Positions 30,913 through 41,354 are shown, counted from the stretch's first letter. The stretch is 64,000 nucleotides of DNA from Syntrophorhabdaceae bacterium (GCA_963665295.1 OY762209.1:4800001-4864000), one strand, 5' to 3'. A program made the numbers and translations. The notes: generated from the sequence alone by a model not told the origin.

Positions 30913-32286
30913 TTAACACGCGGTGATGCAGAGGGCCAGTCCCCCTTCGGCGGTCTCCTTGTATTTCGAGCACATGTCTTTGCCTGTTTCCCCCATGACC
31001 CATATTGCCTTGTCAAGGTCCACCACGTGCCATTCGGGAATCTCGTCCCGTGCAAGGAGAAACGCGTTGTAGGCCTTCACTGCGCCCATGGCGTTCCGTT
31101 CAATGCAAGGGATCTGCACATATCCTCCCACGGGATCGCAGGTAAGCCCGAAGTGGTGTTCCAGAGCTATCTCCGCTGCATCTTCCGTTACCTTGAACCC
31201 GTAATCATGGGCATAAGCAAGCATGGCCGCGGCCATGCTTGACGCCACGCCTACCTCACCCTGGCAGCCCACTTCCGCTCCGGATATGCTCGCATTGTGT
31301 TTTGCGAGAAAGCCTACCACGGCGGCAGCGAGAAACCCCTGCCGCAAAATCTGCGCGGGCATGCGAAGCTGGTGCTTCATGATGTAGAGAATTCCGGGCA
31401 TTACCCCCGAAGACCCTGCTGTCGGTGCGGTGACGATCCTGTGGCCTGCGGCGTTTTCTTCCGCTGCGGCGATTGAATATGCGCTGAGGAGGATCATGAA
31501 CCGGTCCGCCGCGTGGGGCTCCTTCAAGGCCTTCCGGTAAAGTGTGGGGGCCTCCCGGTGCAGGCCTATAGGACCGGGAAGAATGCCTTCGGCCTCGATG
31601 CCTCTTTCAACGCTCTCCTCCATGGCCTTCAATACCCGGTCAAGCCTTGCATACACCTGCTCTTCCGTCATACCCGTGATGGCCTTTTCATTTTCGAGCA
31701 TCAACTCATGGAGACGCAGGTGACGGGTCAGGAGTAACTCATTGGCTTCTGCCATGCAGGTGTAAGGGAACACCGGCGCGCCCCGTTCGGGCTCCCTGAA
31801 TCCTTTCCATTCAAGGAAACCCCCTCCCACGGAATAATATTCCTCTTCGAAGAGGGTCCCTTCTCCGCCCATGAGGCGTATGACAAGGGTATTCCGGTAC
31901 GGGAACCCGTGTTCCAGGCCGTCGAACACGATGCCGTCCCGGGCCATGGTAAGCGTAGTGGGGCCTAAGTCCAGGTCATAGCGCACACCGTCCGTAGCCA
32001 AAAGTCCGTCGAGGACGTCGGAGGGGCATGTTTCCGGTTCGTGTCCGAGAAGACCCGCAAGGACCGCCCTGTCCGTGCCGTGCCCACGGCCCGTGGCGCT
32101 CAGGCTACCGAAAAGCCGCACTTCAATGCGCCGGGCCTGCCTGAGTATATCTCCCGGCAATGAACGGACCGTCTGTATGAAATGATGGCCCGCCTTCATG
32201 GGTCCTATGGTGTGGGAACTCGAAGGACCGGGACCTATCTTGAAGAACTCGAAGAGAGACGTCCCTATGGCGCCTGCCGTGCTCAT
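30913..32286 (-). CDS. sdaA: L-serine ammonia-lyase (Fe-S, single chain)
   Basis: IGPGPSSSHTIGPM, TGRGHGTD, VTAPTAGS, SGAEVGCQGE, CDPVGG..PCIERN, YKETAEGGL. Confidence 0.93.
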   Translation of the reverse strand: MSTAGAIGTSLFEFFKIGPGPSSSHTIGPMKAGHHFIQTVRSLPGDILRQARRIEVRLFGSLSATGRGHGTDRAVLAGLLGHEPETCPSDVLDGLLATDGVRYDLDLGPTTLTMARDGIVFDGLEHGFPYRNTLVIRLMGGEGTLFEEEYYSVGGGFLEWKGFREPERGAPVFPYTCMAEANELLLTRHLRLHELMLENEKAITGMTEEQVYARLDRVLKAMEESVERGIEAEGILPGPIGLHREAPTLYRKALKEPHAADRFMILLSAYSIAAAEENAAGHRIVTAPTAGSSGVMPGILYIMKHQLRMPAQILRQGFLAAAVVGFLAKHNASISGAEVGCQGEVGVASSMAAAMLAYAHDYGFKVTEDAAEIALEHHFGLTCDPVGGYVQIPCIERNAMGAVKAYNAFLLARDEIPEWHVVDLDKAIWVMGETGKDMCSKYKETAEGGLALCITAC

Positions 32287-32930
32287 ATCACTGCCGGTCC
32301 CGCCCCGCTGTGCTCCGGTCCCTCTATCGCCGGCGTCTCTGATCCGGTGCGGCTGCAGATTCCGTCCAGGATAAGTTTGCTCACTTCTTCGTGGTACTGA
32401 ATGAGGGGATACTTCCCGCCTTTCAGAAGCCACCTCGTAACGATATGCTCCAATATTCCGAGGAGGAGATGCTGCGAAAGATATATGTCCACGTCTTTCC
32501 GGACCACCCCCTCTTCCTGCCCCTGCCTGAGAATTTCGAGTACCTGTTTGCTGAAAGCCTTGAAGCTCTTGTAGCTTCTCGACTTCACAAAATCCCTGTT
32601 GACCCGCATTTCGAGCATCAGGCTTCTCACGTAGTCAGGGTTGCTCTCGAAATAATGAAGGTAATACCAGACAAGTTTCCTTATCTTGCCCACCGTGCTT
32701 GCCTCGCACTCCGTGTGGAGGTCGATCTGACGACAAAATTCCTTCGTTCTTTCGAGACCGATAGAGAAAAAGAGGGCCTGTTTGCTCTTGAAATACTGGT
32801 AGATCGTTCCTTCCGCAATACCTGCTTTGCGGGCAATTTCGGAGATGTTTGCGTTTTGATAGTTGCTCTTACCGAAGACCTCTATGGCAGCCTGCATAAT
32901 CTGCTGTTTTCTCAGTTTTCTTCTGGACAT
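32283..32930 (-). CDS. TetR/AcrR-family regulator (FadR/YsiA-like)
   Basis: IMQAAIEVF..ISEIARKAGIAEGTIYQYFKSK; its stop overlaps the sdaA start. Confidence 0.92.
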   Translation of the reverse strand: MSRRKLRKQQIMQAAIEVFGKSNYQNANISEIARKAGIAEGTIYQYFKSKQALFFSIGLERTKEFCRQIDLHTECEASTVGKIRKLVWYYLHYFESNPDYVRSLMLEMRVNRDFVKSRSYKSFKAFSKQVLEILRQGQEEGVVRKDVDIYLSQHLLLGILEHIVTRWLLKGGKYPLIQYHEEVSKLILDGICSRTGSETPAIEGPEHSGAGPAVI

Positions 32931-33041
32931 AAAACCACCCTTTTCCGAATTGTAATCTACGCTCTTGCCACGATTAAAACACATGATGCCCGTAAGAGAC
33001 GGCTGGTCACCGGTTGCAGCAAACACTCACGCAAAGCTCAC

Positions 33042-33070
33042 TATTTACTTAATATCACTCATCTTGTCAA
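33042..33070 (-). promoter_or_regulatory. Promoter of tetR-sdaA with a possible degenerate operator in the spacer
   Basis: TTGACA-17 bp-TAAATA; the spacer contains TGAGT-GAT-ATTAA. Confidence 0.55.
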
Positions 33071-33305
33071 GCATTTTCTGGCCTGCCGCGGCACCCCTGC
33101 GACCGTCACAACGCCTCTTCTTTCCACGGGCGTCATGAACACATCCGGCTCTCGCCCCTACTCCCGATCGGGACGCCCACCGGCGTCGGTCTTCTCTTCC
33201 ATGTGGCCTGTCATCGCGCATTTACACAGGGGGCCAAAGGCCCCCTTAACGGCCCCCTGACCCCCTTGTGCGCGCCCTCTAAAGGCGGTTATGTCCTATG
33301 ACTCT

Positions 33306-34367
33306 TTAATACTGATACGCCGTAGGCACCTTCTGAGCCTTTTCCTGAGCCTTCCAGTACTCGATCCGCTCATTGATGAAGCTCAGCCATGTGTCTACTT
33401 CCGCAGCCTTGAATCCCTTGGAGATGAGATCCTTCTTGTAATCCGCCACTACGGGCTGCACGGCCTTCACCATCTTCGCCTGCTCGGCGTCGGAGACGGG
33501 AAGCACCTGACCGCCGAGTTTCGTGAAGTAATCCCGGCCTTCGATGTCTATCCTGTTCCATTCCACCGCCCACCTGTTCAGGAACTCCTTGGAGAATTCC
33601 GTAAAGGTCTTCTGTACGTCCGGGGGAAGGCTGTTCCATCTGTTCTTGTTCATGACAACGTAGAACTGAAAAACACTGCCGATCTTCCATGTGGCGGAGG
33701 CATATTTCTCCACTTCGCCGAGCTTGAAGCCTTTGAGGGTCTCAAGAGGGGTGTAGGTGCCGTCGATGACCGCTCTTCTCAGGGCTTCATAGAGGTCGAC
33801 CGTCTCGATGGGCATGGGTACCGCGCCTAAGGCCTTCACGATATCGCCGATCCTGCCCGTGCCCCTGATCTTCATACCCTTAAGCTCTTCGAGGGTCTTT
33901 ACGGGCTTCTTCAGCGTCTGGATCACGTTCGGGGGGCTTGTGGAGAACATGAGGGCATGATAGCCGTCCCACTCTTTCGGTTTGAACTTCTCATAAAAAT
34001 CCATGCTCACGTGGCTCGCAATCCAGCTGCTCGGGAATCCGAGGGGTAACTCCATGACCTCGAGCACAGGGAAGCGTCCCCTCGAGTAGGAGCAATGGGA
34101 GAGGCCGATATCGGCAATCCCGCTCGACACGCCTGCGGCCATCTTGGTTGCGGTAAGAAGGGTGCCGCCCGTGTACTGGGTAACCTCCACCTTGCCCGCG
34201 AGCTTCTTGTTGATCTCTTCGCAGTACTTGCCCATCATTACCGAGTTCATATGGGTGGGCGGAAAGTAGTTTGCGAATTTGAGTTTCACCACATCCGCGC
34301 CGGCAAAGGAAGAGAAGGATACGAGAAGTGAAAAAACAAACAGCAACGCAACTGATCTTCTAATCAT
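33306..34367 (-). CDS. dctP: TRAP transporter substrate-binding protein
   Basis: Signal peptide; LKFANYFP, GRFPVLEVMELP, LKGMKIR, VVMNKNRWNSLPPD. Confidence 0.9.
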   Translation of the reverse strand: MIRRSVALLFVFSLLVSFSSFAGADVVKLKFANYFPPTHMNSVMMGKYCEEINKKLAGKVEVTQYTGGTLLTATKMAAGVSSGIADIGLSHCSYSRGRFPVLEVMELPLGFPSSWIASHVSMDFYEKFKPKEWDGYHALMFSTSPPNVIQTLKKPVKTLEELKGMKIRGTGRIGDIVKALGAVPMPIETVDLYEALRRAVIDGTYTPLETLKGFKLGEVEKYASATWKIGSVFQFYVVMNKNRWNSLPPDVQKTFTEFSKEFLNRWAVEWNRIDIEGRDYFTKLGGQVLPVSDAEQAKMVKAVQPVVADYKKDLISKGFKAAEVDTWLSFINERIEYWKAQEKAQKVPTAYQY

Positions 34368-34434
34368 TTTGTTACCCCCTTTTTTTTGTGTGTTCATAGT
34401 ATGGTGTATCATTTTGCCTCCCCTTGTTCAATTA

Positions 34435-35736
34435 TCACTTATAAAACACCGAAGGCAGCCAGAGAGCGAGCTGGGGAAACGCGAAGAGCAGGCCCCACAT
34501 GACGCACAGAGAGATGAGGAAGGGGGCCACCCCTTTATAGATCTTACCCATGGGCTCCTTGGTAATGTTCTTCACCACGAAGACACAGACCGCCACAGGG
34601 GGAATGACCACCCCGATCATGACCACCACCCCGATGACGATGCCGAACCAGAGGGGAGAGAACCCCAGCTTGAGTACGGCAGGGTAGAAGATGGGGGTCG
34701 CGAGGATCATGAAGGCGAGGTCGTCGATAAAAGAGCCTCCCAGCTCATAGACGAGACAGATGAGGAACATGATCACGTACCGGTTGAGGGGCAGCGCCAC
34801 GATCCAGTCCGCCGCGTTCTGGGGAATGTTGGTGACGGCAATGAAGTGGCCCAGGATGGTGGAGCCTGCAATGAGCATAAGGAGCATGCCCGAGGTACGA
34901 AGGGCTTCGGTTACGGACTTGGTATACCCGAAGAACTTGAGGTCCCCCTTGGAGACGGCAAGGACAAGGACCGCGAAGGTGCCTACGGCCCCTGCCTCGG
35001 AGGGGGTGAAGAAGCCCTGCATGATGCCTCCCACCACGAGGATGAAGACGAGGCCGATCCAGGCCACCTCGGGAAGGGACTGGATTCTCGCCTTCCAGGT
35101 TGCCTTAATGGACTTGGGGGCGAGGTTCGGGTTGATCTTCGCCCATCCGTAGATGATCCCGAGAAAGAAGATGGCGATCATGAACCCGGGGATCATGCCT
35201 GCGAGAAAGAGCTGTCCTATGGACTGCTCGGTGAGTATGCCGAAGATGATGAGGACCACGGAGGGAGGGATGATGCAGCCCAGTGTCCCCACGGTGGCCA
35301 CGATACCCGTGGAGAGCCTCCGGTCATAGCCGAAGCGGTCCATCTCGGGGATGGCGACGCTTGCAAAGGTGGCCGAGGTGGCGGCGGAAGAGCCGCAGAT
35401 GGCCTTGAACGCCGTAGCGCCTAAAACGGTGGCCATGGCAAGGCCCCCGGGGATGTGGCCCACGAACCTGTTGGCCGCCCCGTAGAGGCGTACCGCGATG
35501 CCCGCGTTGAAGCCGATCTGGCCCATGAGGATGAAGAGGGGGAAGACCGTGTAGCCGTAGTTGGTGATGACATCATAAATGTCCCTTCCGATGAGGTTCA
35601 TGGCGGAGGGGAGTCCGTTCAAGTATGCAAAGCCCGCAAAGCCCACGAGGGCCATGGCGAAACCCAGTTCGATGCCCGTGCCGAAAAGGAGCAGGAGCAC
35701 TGCAAGGGCGATAATACCTACCGTGATCTCATTCAT
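34435..35736 (-). CDS. dctM: TRAP transporter large permease
   Basis: PLFILMG, IPGGLA, GSSAAT, GTLGCIIPPS, FTPSEAGA. Confidence 0.92.
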   Translation of the reverse strand: MNEITVGIIALAVLLLLFGTGIELGFAMALVGFAGFAYLNGLPSAMNLIGRDIYDVITNYGYTVFPLFILMGQIGFNAGIAVRLYGAANRFVGHIPGGLAMATVLGATAFKAICGSSAATSATFASVAIPEMDRFGYDRRLSTGIVATVGTLGCIIPPSVVLIIFGILTEQSIGQLFLAGMIPGFMIAIFFLGIIYGWAKINPNLAPKSIKATWKARIQSLPEVAWIGLVFILVVGGIMQGFFTPSEAGAVGTFAVLVLAVSKGDLKFFGYTKSVTEALRTSGMLLMLIAGSTILGHFIAVTNIPQNAADWIVALPLNRYVIMFLICLVYELGGSFIDDLAFMILATPIFYPAVLKLGFSPLWFGIVIGVVVMIGVVIPPVAVCVFVVKNITKEPMGKIYKGVAPFLISLCVMWGLLFAFPQLALWLPSVFYK

Positions 35737-36214
35737 ACTGGCCCCTCCATATTTTGATAATGTCCCTCACGAAGACGAGGACCTCGATGAAGCAGCAGAC
35801 CCCTACCCCATAGGCCACGGGGAAGAAGGGAAGCTTTAATGTGGGTGAGACCTCGCCGGAGGTGTGGAACTCGTTGCCCACGCTGAAGAGGTTGTATCCT
35901 ATGATGAGAAAGAGAATGATGCAGAGAATGCGTGTAAAGGTGTTGAAGATGTTCTTCCAGTCCCGGGGCATCTTCTCTATGAGAAACTCCATGAACACAT
36001 GGCCCCGGTCCATGGAGACCCTCGGGATGCCGAAGCCGATGACGAGGGCCAAGGCGAGGCCCACGATCTCGTAGGTGCCGAGGATCGGGTGGCCGCCTGC
36101 CCGCATGAGCACGTCGGCAACGGTTAAGAACATCATGAACGTAAGGGCCGTACCGCCGATGATGTTGAGGATTTTACTTGCCGTGTTTAAGAACCTATCG
36201 AGTATACCTTCCAT
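35729..36214 (-). CDS. dctQ: TRAP transporter small permease
   Basis: Four TM segments; DVLMR..PILGTYE..GHV. Confidence 0.88.
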   Translation of the reverse strand: MEGILDRFLNTASKILNIIGGTALTFMMFLTVADVLMRAGGHPILGTYEIVGLALALVIGFGIPRVSMDRGHVFMEFLIEKMPRDWKNIFNTFTRILCIILFLIIGYNLFSVGNEFHTSGEVSPTLKLPFFPVAYGVGVCCFIEVLVFVRDIIKIWRGQYE

Positions 36215-36424
36215 AATACCTCCTTTCCCTTATACCTTTGAACCCCCCTTGATGGAGCGGACCATGGTGCGGTCCTCTCCCGCATGAAACCTGTACTGAT
36301 GGTGTGTATGGCACGAAACAGCTGATTGTGGTGTGAGAAAACGCTGTTGACTGCGTCCCATGGCCTGACCGGTGTCCTTTACTCCTCTTCTCTGCCCCTC
36401 CCGGGCGATAGCGAAGGGCCTTTG

Positions 36425-36453
36425 AAAAAGGGGGCCGGAAAAACCGACCCCCT
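36425..36453 (-). terminator. Intrinsic terminator between the thiolase and TRAP genes
   Basis: Minus strand AGGGGGTCGG-TTTTT-CCGGCCCCCT-TTTT. Confidence 0.65.
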
Positions 36454-36464
36454 CGCACGTGGTT

Positions 36465-37676
36465 TTAGTTAATCTTGAAGATCATGGAGGCGCCGGTGTC
36501 GCCGGCCGCGCAACCGGTCCAGAGACAATAGCCTCCACCCAGGTCGACCATCTCCTCGATCATCTCGGCAATGATCCTGCCCGCGGTCGGGGCCTGGGGG
36601 TGGCCGTAGATCAGGGACGAACCGAAGTTGTTCATTTTCATGACATCGATGCCCATCTTCTTGGCGAAATTGATGTCGTTGGTGGCAAAAGGGTTGTGGC
36701 TCTTGATCGCTTTCATATCCGTGATTTTGAGACCCGCGTTGGCAAGGGCCATTTCAGCGGCAGGCACGGGCGCTGCGGCCATGTAGCCGGGTTTGACCCT
36801 GGCAAAACCGTAGGAAACGATCTGTATTTCGATTTTCGGGTCTGCGCTCAATTCTTTGGCTTTTTCTCTGTTGGTTACGATAAAACCGCAGTTTCCGTCA
36901 GCAGGAAAGGTCTGGGCGCCGAAACTGTGGACGCCTCCGGGCTCGGCAGGCCGCAGTTTCGCAAGACCTTCCGCCGTGGTGGCCGTCGCTCCGTCATCCT
37001 GCTCTATCAGCTTGGTCTGCTTTTTGCCTGCCTTCACCTCTGCGGGAAACATATAGCGTTTCTGGAAAGCCCTGTCGTTTTCGAGGGCCATGAGGTATTG
37101 CTGGTACCGCCTCAATACGACCGCGTCTACCTCTTCCTTGGTGATCCCCGCTTCCTTCGCCACGTTCTCCGCGGTCTGGACCATCTTAAGCGGCGGGGAT
37201 ACATTCGGGTCTGCGTTGAAGTTGTCCATCAACCAGTTCTCGGCGATCACCTCGCCTCCCGGGCCCATGGGGTTGGGCCAAACGGTGTGGGCACCGTTGG
37301 AGCAGCGGTCGGTCATGAGACCAAAACCCACACCGAATATGCCCTGCTCTATGGCAAGAGCTGCAAGCTGGAGGACTGTGGTGGAGGTGGTGCAGGCCTG
37401 GTGTATAAACAGGCCCGGCAGGTTCTTCCGGTTGTCCGTCAGCATGCCTGCCGCCCAGTTGTGGGCGTAGAACAGGTGCGGCTGATGGATCGTTATTCCG
37501 AAGTACAGGTAGTCGATTATTGAAGGATCAATCTTTTTCTTTTCCAGGAACCATCTTCTCGCTGTCTTGGCGCCCAGTTCGATGGAGTTTTCATTCTGCA
37601 TCGCTCCCTGCCACCGGGTGAAGGGGCTCGAGTAATAGCCGCCGTAGGGTATATACGCCTTTGTAAAAGTGTTCAT
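36465..37676 (-). CDS. Thiolase family protein (HNPF variant)
   Basis: QACTTS nucleophile, TFPADG, SHNPFA, YGHP, CAAG. Confidence 0.9.
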   Translation of the reverse strand: MNTFTKAYIPYGGYYSSPFTRWQGAMQNENSIELGAKTARRWFLEKKKIDPSIIDYLYFGITIHQPHLFYAHNWAAGMLTDNRKNLPGLFIHQACTTSTTVLQLAALAIEQGIFGVGFGLMTDRCSNGAHTVWPNPMGPGGEVIAENWLMDNFNADPNVSPPLKMVQTAENVAKEAGITKEEVDAVVLRRYQQYLMALENDRAFQKRYMFPAEVKAGKKQTKLIEQDDGATATTAEGLAKLRPAEPGGVHSFGAQTFPADGNCGFIVTNREKAKELSADPKIEIQIVSYGFARVKPGYMAAAPVPAAEMALANAGLKITDMKAIKSHNPFATNDINFAKKMGIDVMKMNNFGSSLIYGHPQAPTAGRIIAEMIEEMVDLGGGYCLWTGCAAGDTGASMIFKIN

Positions 37677-37729
37677 ATGTGCTTCCTCCTATTGATTATC
37701 CCCGCCCTCGGGCGAGGTCTTTATCATCT

Positions 37730-38491
37730 TTACAGCACAAAAAGGTCGAGGCCTCCCATCATGTTCATAATAGACCCCGTCATGTAGGCAGCGCCGTCGG
37801 TGCAGAGATACGCGATGGCATCGGCTATTTCCTGGGGGTAAGCGGCCCTGCGAAAAACCGTCTTTCTCTCCACCGCCTGGCGGACCGCTTCGGGAAGCAG
37901 GTCGTAGCCGTCGGTAGCGCATATTCCCACGAGCACGCTGTTCGCGGTGATATTGAACCTTGCCCCTTCCAGGGCCGATGACTTCGCAAGGGCAATGAGG
38001 CCGGCCTTTGCCGCGCCGTAGCTTGTCTGTCCCGCGCCGCCGAGGACACCGGCGACAGAGGTCATGTTGATGATACGTCCCCACTTGTTTGCGCACATAT
38101 CCGCCCACGCTTCCTTGATACAGTAAAAAGCCGAGTTGAGGCAAAGTTTCACCTCATAGTCCCATTCCTCCGTGGTCGTCTTCGCAGTGGTGATATTGTG
38201 ACCCATGAGGGCGGCGTTGTTTACGAGGATATTAGGACAACCCAGCTCCGTTTTCATCGTCTCGAAACCCTTCTTCACATCTGCGGCGTTGCTCGCGTCC
38301 ATTTGGACCGCCATGGATTTCCGCCCCATGGCTTTGATTTCATTTGCAAGGGCCTCGGCCCCTTCCATGTGGTGGAAACCGGTAACCACTACATCCGCTC
38401 CCTGTCTTGCGAGCGTGAGGGCCGCGTGTTTCCCTATTCCTTTGGGCATGGACGCCCCTGTTACCAATGCCAGTCTTCCTTCAAGCGACAT
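37730..38491 (-). CDS. Short-chain dehydrogenase (FabG/3-oxoacyl reductase-like)
   Basis: TGASMPKGIG, LVNNA, YGAAK. Confidence 0.88.
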   Translation of the reverse strand: MSLEGRLALVTGASMPKGIGKHAALTLARQGADVVVTGFHHMEGAEALANEIKAMGRKSMAVQMDASNAADVKKGFETMKTELGCPNILVNNAALMGHNITTAKTTTEEWDYEVKLCLNSAFYCIKEAWADMCANKWGRIINMTSVAGVLGGAGQTSYGAAKAGLIALAKSSALEGARFNITANSVLVGICATDGYDLLPEAVRQAVERKTVFRRAAYPQEIADAIAYLCTDGAAYMTGSIMNMMGGLDLFVL

Positions 38492-38597
38492 AATTGACCT
38501 CCTGCTTTATAGTGTTACCCCTCGATCCCGTCCGCAAGGGGGATCCGGGGATATGTTTTCAAATCGGCCGCCCCTTCGTGGCGCCCATCGTCCTTCC

Positions 38598-40238
38598 CTA
38601 CGCTCCCATGCGCCCCTTGATATCCTCCCTGAGCGCCTTCTTATCCACCTTACCTACCTTGGTCGCGGGAAGCTCCTCTATGAACTCGATCCTCTCGGGA
38701 AGCTGCTGGACCGATGCGCCCGATTGTTTCAGAAAGGCGACGATCTCTTCAAAGGTCGCCTTCATGCCCTGCCTTAAGACTACGTAGGCGCATATCCTCT
38801 CCCCCAGTATGGGGTCGGGCATGCCTACCACCGCGGCCTCCCGGACAGCAGGGTGGGCGCTCATCCTGTGCTCTATGTCGAGGGCGCTTATCTTCTCGCC
38901 CCCGCGGTTGATGATGTCCTTGATCCTCCCCGTGATGGTGATGTTGCCGAAGGCGTCCTTTCTCGCCTTGTCCCCGGTCTTGAAGTGACCGTCGGGGGTG
39001 AAGGTCTCCGCGTTCTCCTCTGCGGACCTGAAGTACCCCGTGAAGATGCCCGGGCCCTTGGACACGAGCTCTCCCTCCACTCCGGGGGGACACTCGTTGC
39101 CTGCCTCGTCGATGATGATGATGGAGTCGTAGGGACAGGCGGGCCTCCCCACGCTGTTGCAGATCACCTCGATGGAGTCGCCCGGCCTTGTGGCCATGTT
39201 GGTGCCCTCGGAAGAACCGAACCCGTTGATGAAGGTGCAGCCCAGCGTGTCATAGACGGTGCGCACGAGTTCAGGGGTGCTCGGAGCCCCTCCCACGGAT
39301 ATCTTCTTCAAGGAGGAGAGGTCGTAGTCCTTGAGGTTCTCCATGTGCACCATGCGCGTGATGAGGGCGGGGACGGAGGGAAAGGCGGTGACCTTCTCCT
39401 TCTCCACCCATGTACAGATGTCCTCGGGGGCGGTGGAGTCGAGGAGCACGAGCTTCGCGAAATTGAGGAGGGCCGCCCCTATGCCCCAGTGCATGGCCAT
39501 GGAATGGCCCACGGGGGTGATGACCATGATCGTGTCGTTGCTCGTGATCTCCCATGCCCTCGCATGGTATTCGATATTGGTGATGTAGCTGTTGTGGGTC
39601 CTTACCGACGCCTTAGGCAGACCCGTGGTGCCTCCCGTGGGCATGATGTGGGAGACCTCGTCGGGATCGGGCCTTCTTTCTTCCAGTTCCTTAAGGTTCT
39701 CCTTCGTAAGGGTCACCTCGCCTATGAGGTCGTCCATGGTAGGGTAGCGCCCCTTTTTGGCGCGGACCTGGATCACCTCTTTCAACTGGGGGTTCTCCTT
39801 GAGTACATCATCGATAATGGGCTGGTAGTCGATCTTCCCGTACTGTTCGGGGAGTATCCATGCCACGGGCCTGGTGAGTCCCGCGAAGTGCTTGATCTCC
39901 GTCTGGTTGTGGCGGGGGATGAGGAGCACGGTCAAGGCCCCGATCTTCTGCATGGCGAAGTAGGAGATGATATACTCGTGCCAGTTGGGAAACTGGAGGA
40001 GGACCCAGTCCTTCGATTTCACGCCCCGCCTCATGAGGCTTATGGCGAGACGGTCCACCTTCTCCCTTACCTCCCGGTAGGTCCACCTCCCTACGCCGTC
40101 CACGAGGCCGATCTTGTCGGGATAGATGTCCGAGGCCTTGTCCACAAGGTCGGACCACGTCATCCCGAGCCACCACCTTCTCAGGTTGTATTTCTCCCTG
40201 TCCCCGGCTGCATACTCCGTGAAGCCTTCTATTGCCAT
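38598..40238 (-). CDS. AMP-forming acyl/aryl-CoA ligase (EntE/DhbE-like)
   Basis: PTGGTTGLPK, FGSSEG, FKTGD, GRIKDIINRGGEK, TKVGKVDK. Confidence 0.88.
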   Translation of the reverse strand: MAIEGFTEYAAGDREKYNLRRWWLGMTWSDLVDKASDIYPDKIGLVDGVGRWTYREVREKVDRLAISLMRRGVKSKDWVLLQFPNWHEYIISYFAMQKIGALTVLLIPRHNQTEIKHFAGLTRPVAWILPEQYGKIDYQPIIDDVLKENPQLKEVIQVRAKKGRYPTMDDLIGEVTLTKENLKELEERRPDPDEVSHIMPTGGTTGLPKASVRTHNSYITNIEYHARAWEITSNDTIMVITPVGHSMAMHWGIGAALLNFAKLVLLDSTAPEDICTWVEKEKVTAFPSVPALITRMVHMENLKDYDLSSLKKISVGGAPSTPELVRTVYDTLGCTFINGFGSSEGTNMATRPGDSIEVICNSVGRPACPYDSIIIIDEAGNECPPGVEGELVSKGPGIFTGYFRSAEENAETFTPDGHFKTGDKARKDAFGNITITGRIKDIINRGGEKISALDIEHRMSAHPAVREAAVVGMPDPILGERICAYVVLRQGMKATFEEIVAFLKQSGASVQQLPERIEFIEELPATKVGKVDKKALREDIKGRMGA

Positions 40239-40510
40239 ATGGTGCCTCCTTTTGTCGGCATCGCTCCTTTCCCAAGGCCCCGATACAACGGACATCGACC
40301 GTCCCGGGTGCGGGCTATGATTTGGCGATTAGGTGAAACCGGCGCCTCTCTCTTCAGGCGGGGACCAATTCCCCCGCCAGTTCACGGTGTCCGGAGCAAT
40401 ACCGGAAATGTATTTGTTAAGAAAGTAGTTCGGGTAATACAAATGTCTTTCTTTTCAGACCATTATCCATATTTTGAGGGTGTATTATCATGATGGCTAT
40501 CTCCTTATGT

Positions 40511-40636
40511 TGAATATTATTCATACATAATGCCCATAGTGGCGTGTAACATAGCGAAGGCATTAGGCTTGATAGCATACTTAGAATCTGTATTGAACGG
40601 TGTTCAGATATTACTGAATTGCGTTCATGTTGTCAA
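40511..40636 (-). promoter_or_regulatory. Promoter with three palindromic TGAAY-N3-RTTCA operators
   Basis: TTGACA (40631-36), 17 bp, TAATAT (40608-13); palindromes at 40511-23, 40594-606 and 40615-27. Confidence 0.72.
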
Positions 40637-40868
40637 GGCTTTTTTCCTGAATTATTTCTGATCCATGATTATCTCCGTTTCATCGGTCGCATTTAGAGTT
40701 GTATGAACTTGATATAGCAGTTATTCCGGCATGTTACATGATCCAACCCCCGCGAGAGAGCCCCGCTTTCCCCGTCAGGCGGGCATTCGAAGCTGCATAG
40801 ACTTCCTCCGCCGCCCCTCGGAGCCGCCATGCGAATATCGGGCGTAAGACTGCGGCTCGTCGGGAAGA

Positions 40869-41144
40869 TCACACGCTCTTCTGTTGTTTCTTTCTTGCAG
40901 GCTTCCTGGCTGCCATGGACTCCACTTTGACCCCGAGGGCAGTCAACTGTCTCGTGAGACGGTTCACTACAATTACCTGTACCTCGTTGGCGACCCAGGT
41001 CTTAAGCGTCTCCAACAACTCGTTCGCTTCCGCAAGGTGCTGTTGTGCATCCTGTACTATCTTACGTTCGGTGGAAAGGGCGATCTGTCCGGCGAGTGCC
41101 TCGATACGCATTCTGGCCTTGATAAACTCCGCTATATTGGGCAT
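40869..41144 (-). CDS. Hypothetical small helical protein
   Basis: 91-aa ORF with a GGAG RBS, amphipathic helices and a basic tail. Confidence 0.65.
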   Translation of the reverse strand: MPNIAEFIKARMRIEALAGQIALSTERKIVQDAQQHLAEANELLETLKTWVANEVQVIVVNRLTRQLTALGVKVESMAARKPARKKQQKSV

Positions 41145-41354
41145 CCGTCACTCCCTGAAGGTGGAAAACCGGTTATCTGTCAGGAATCGAGGGGCGATTG
41201 TGATCCGTATCGGTCGGCTTCGTGTTCAGCCGCTGAACGAAGAGGGTGGAGACGACCGAATTCATAGTATACATCTTTTTGAGAAAAATATCCGAACCCA
41301 TGTCAATTACCTTTCGTCCCTACGAGGGCCCGGTGAGTCGCCGCGACGGTGCCG

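Noticed and set aside
38598..40238. Siderophore synthesis via the EntE-like ligase
   Set aside because: No carrier protein, NRPS or isochorismate genes; the neighbours are catabolic.
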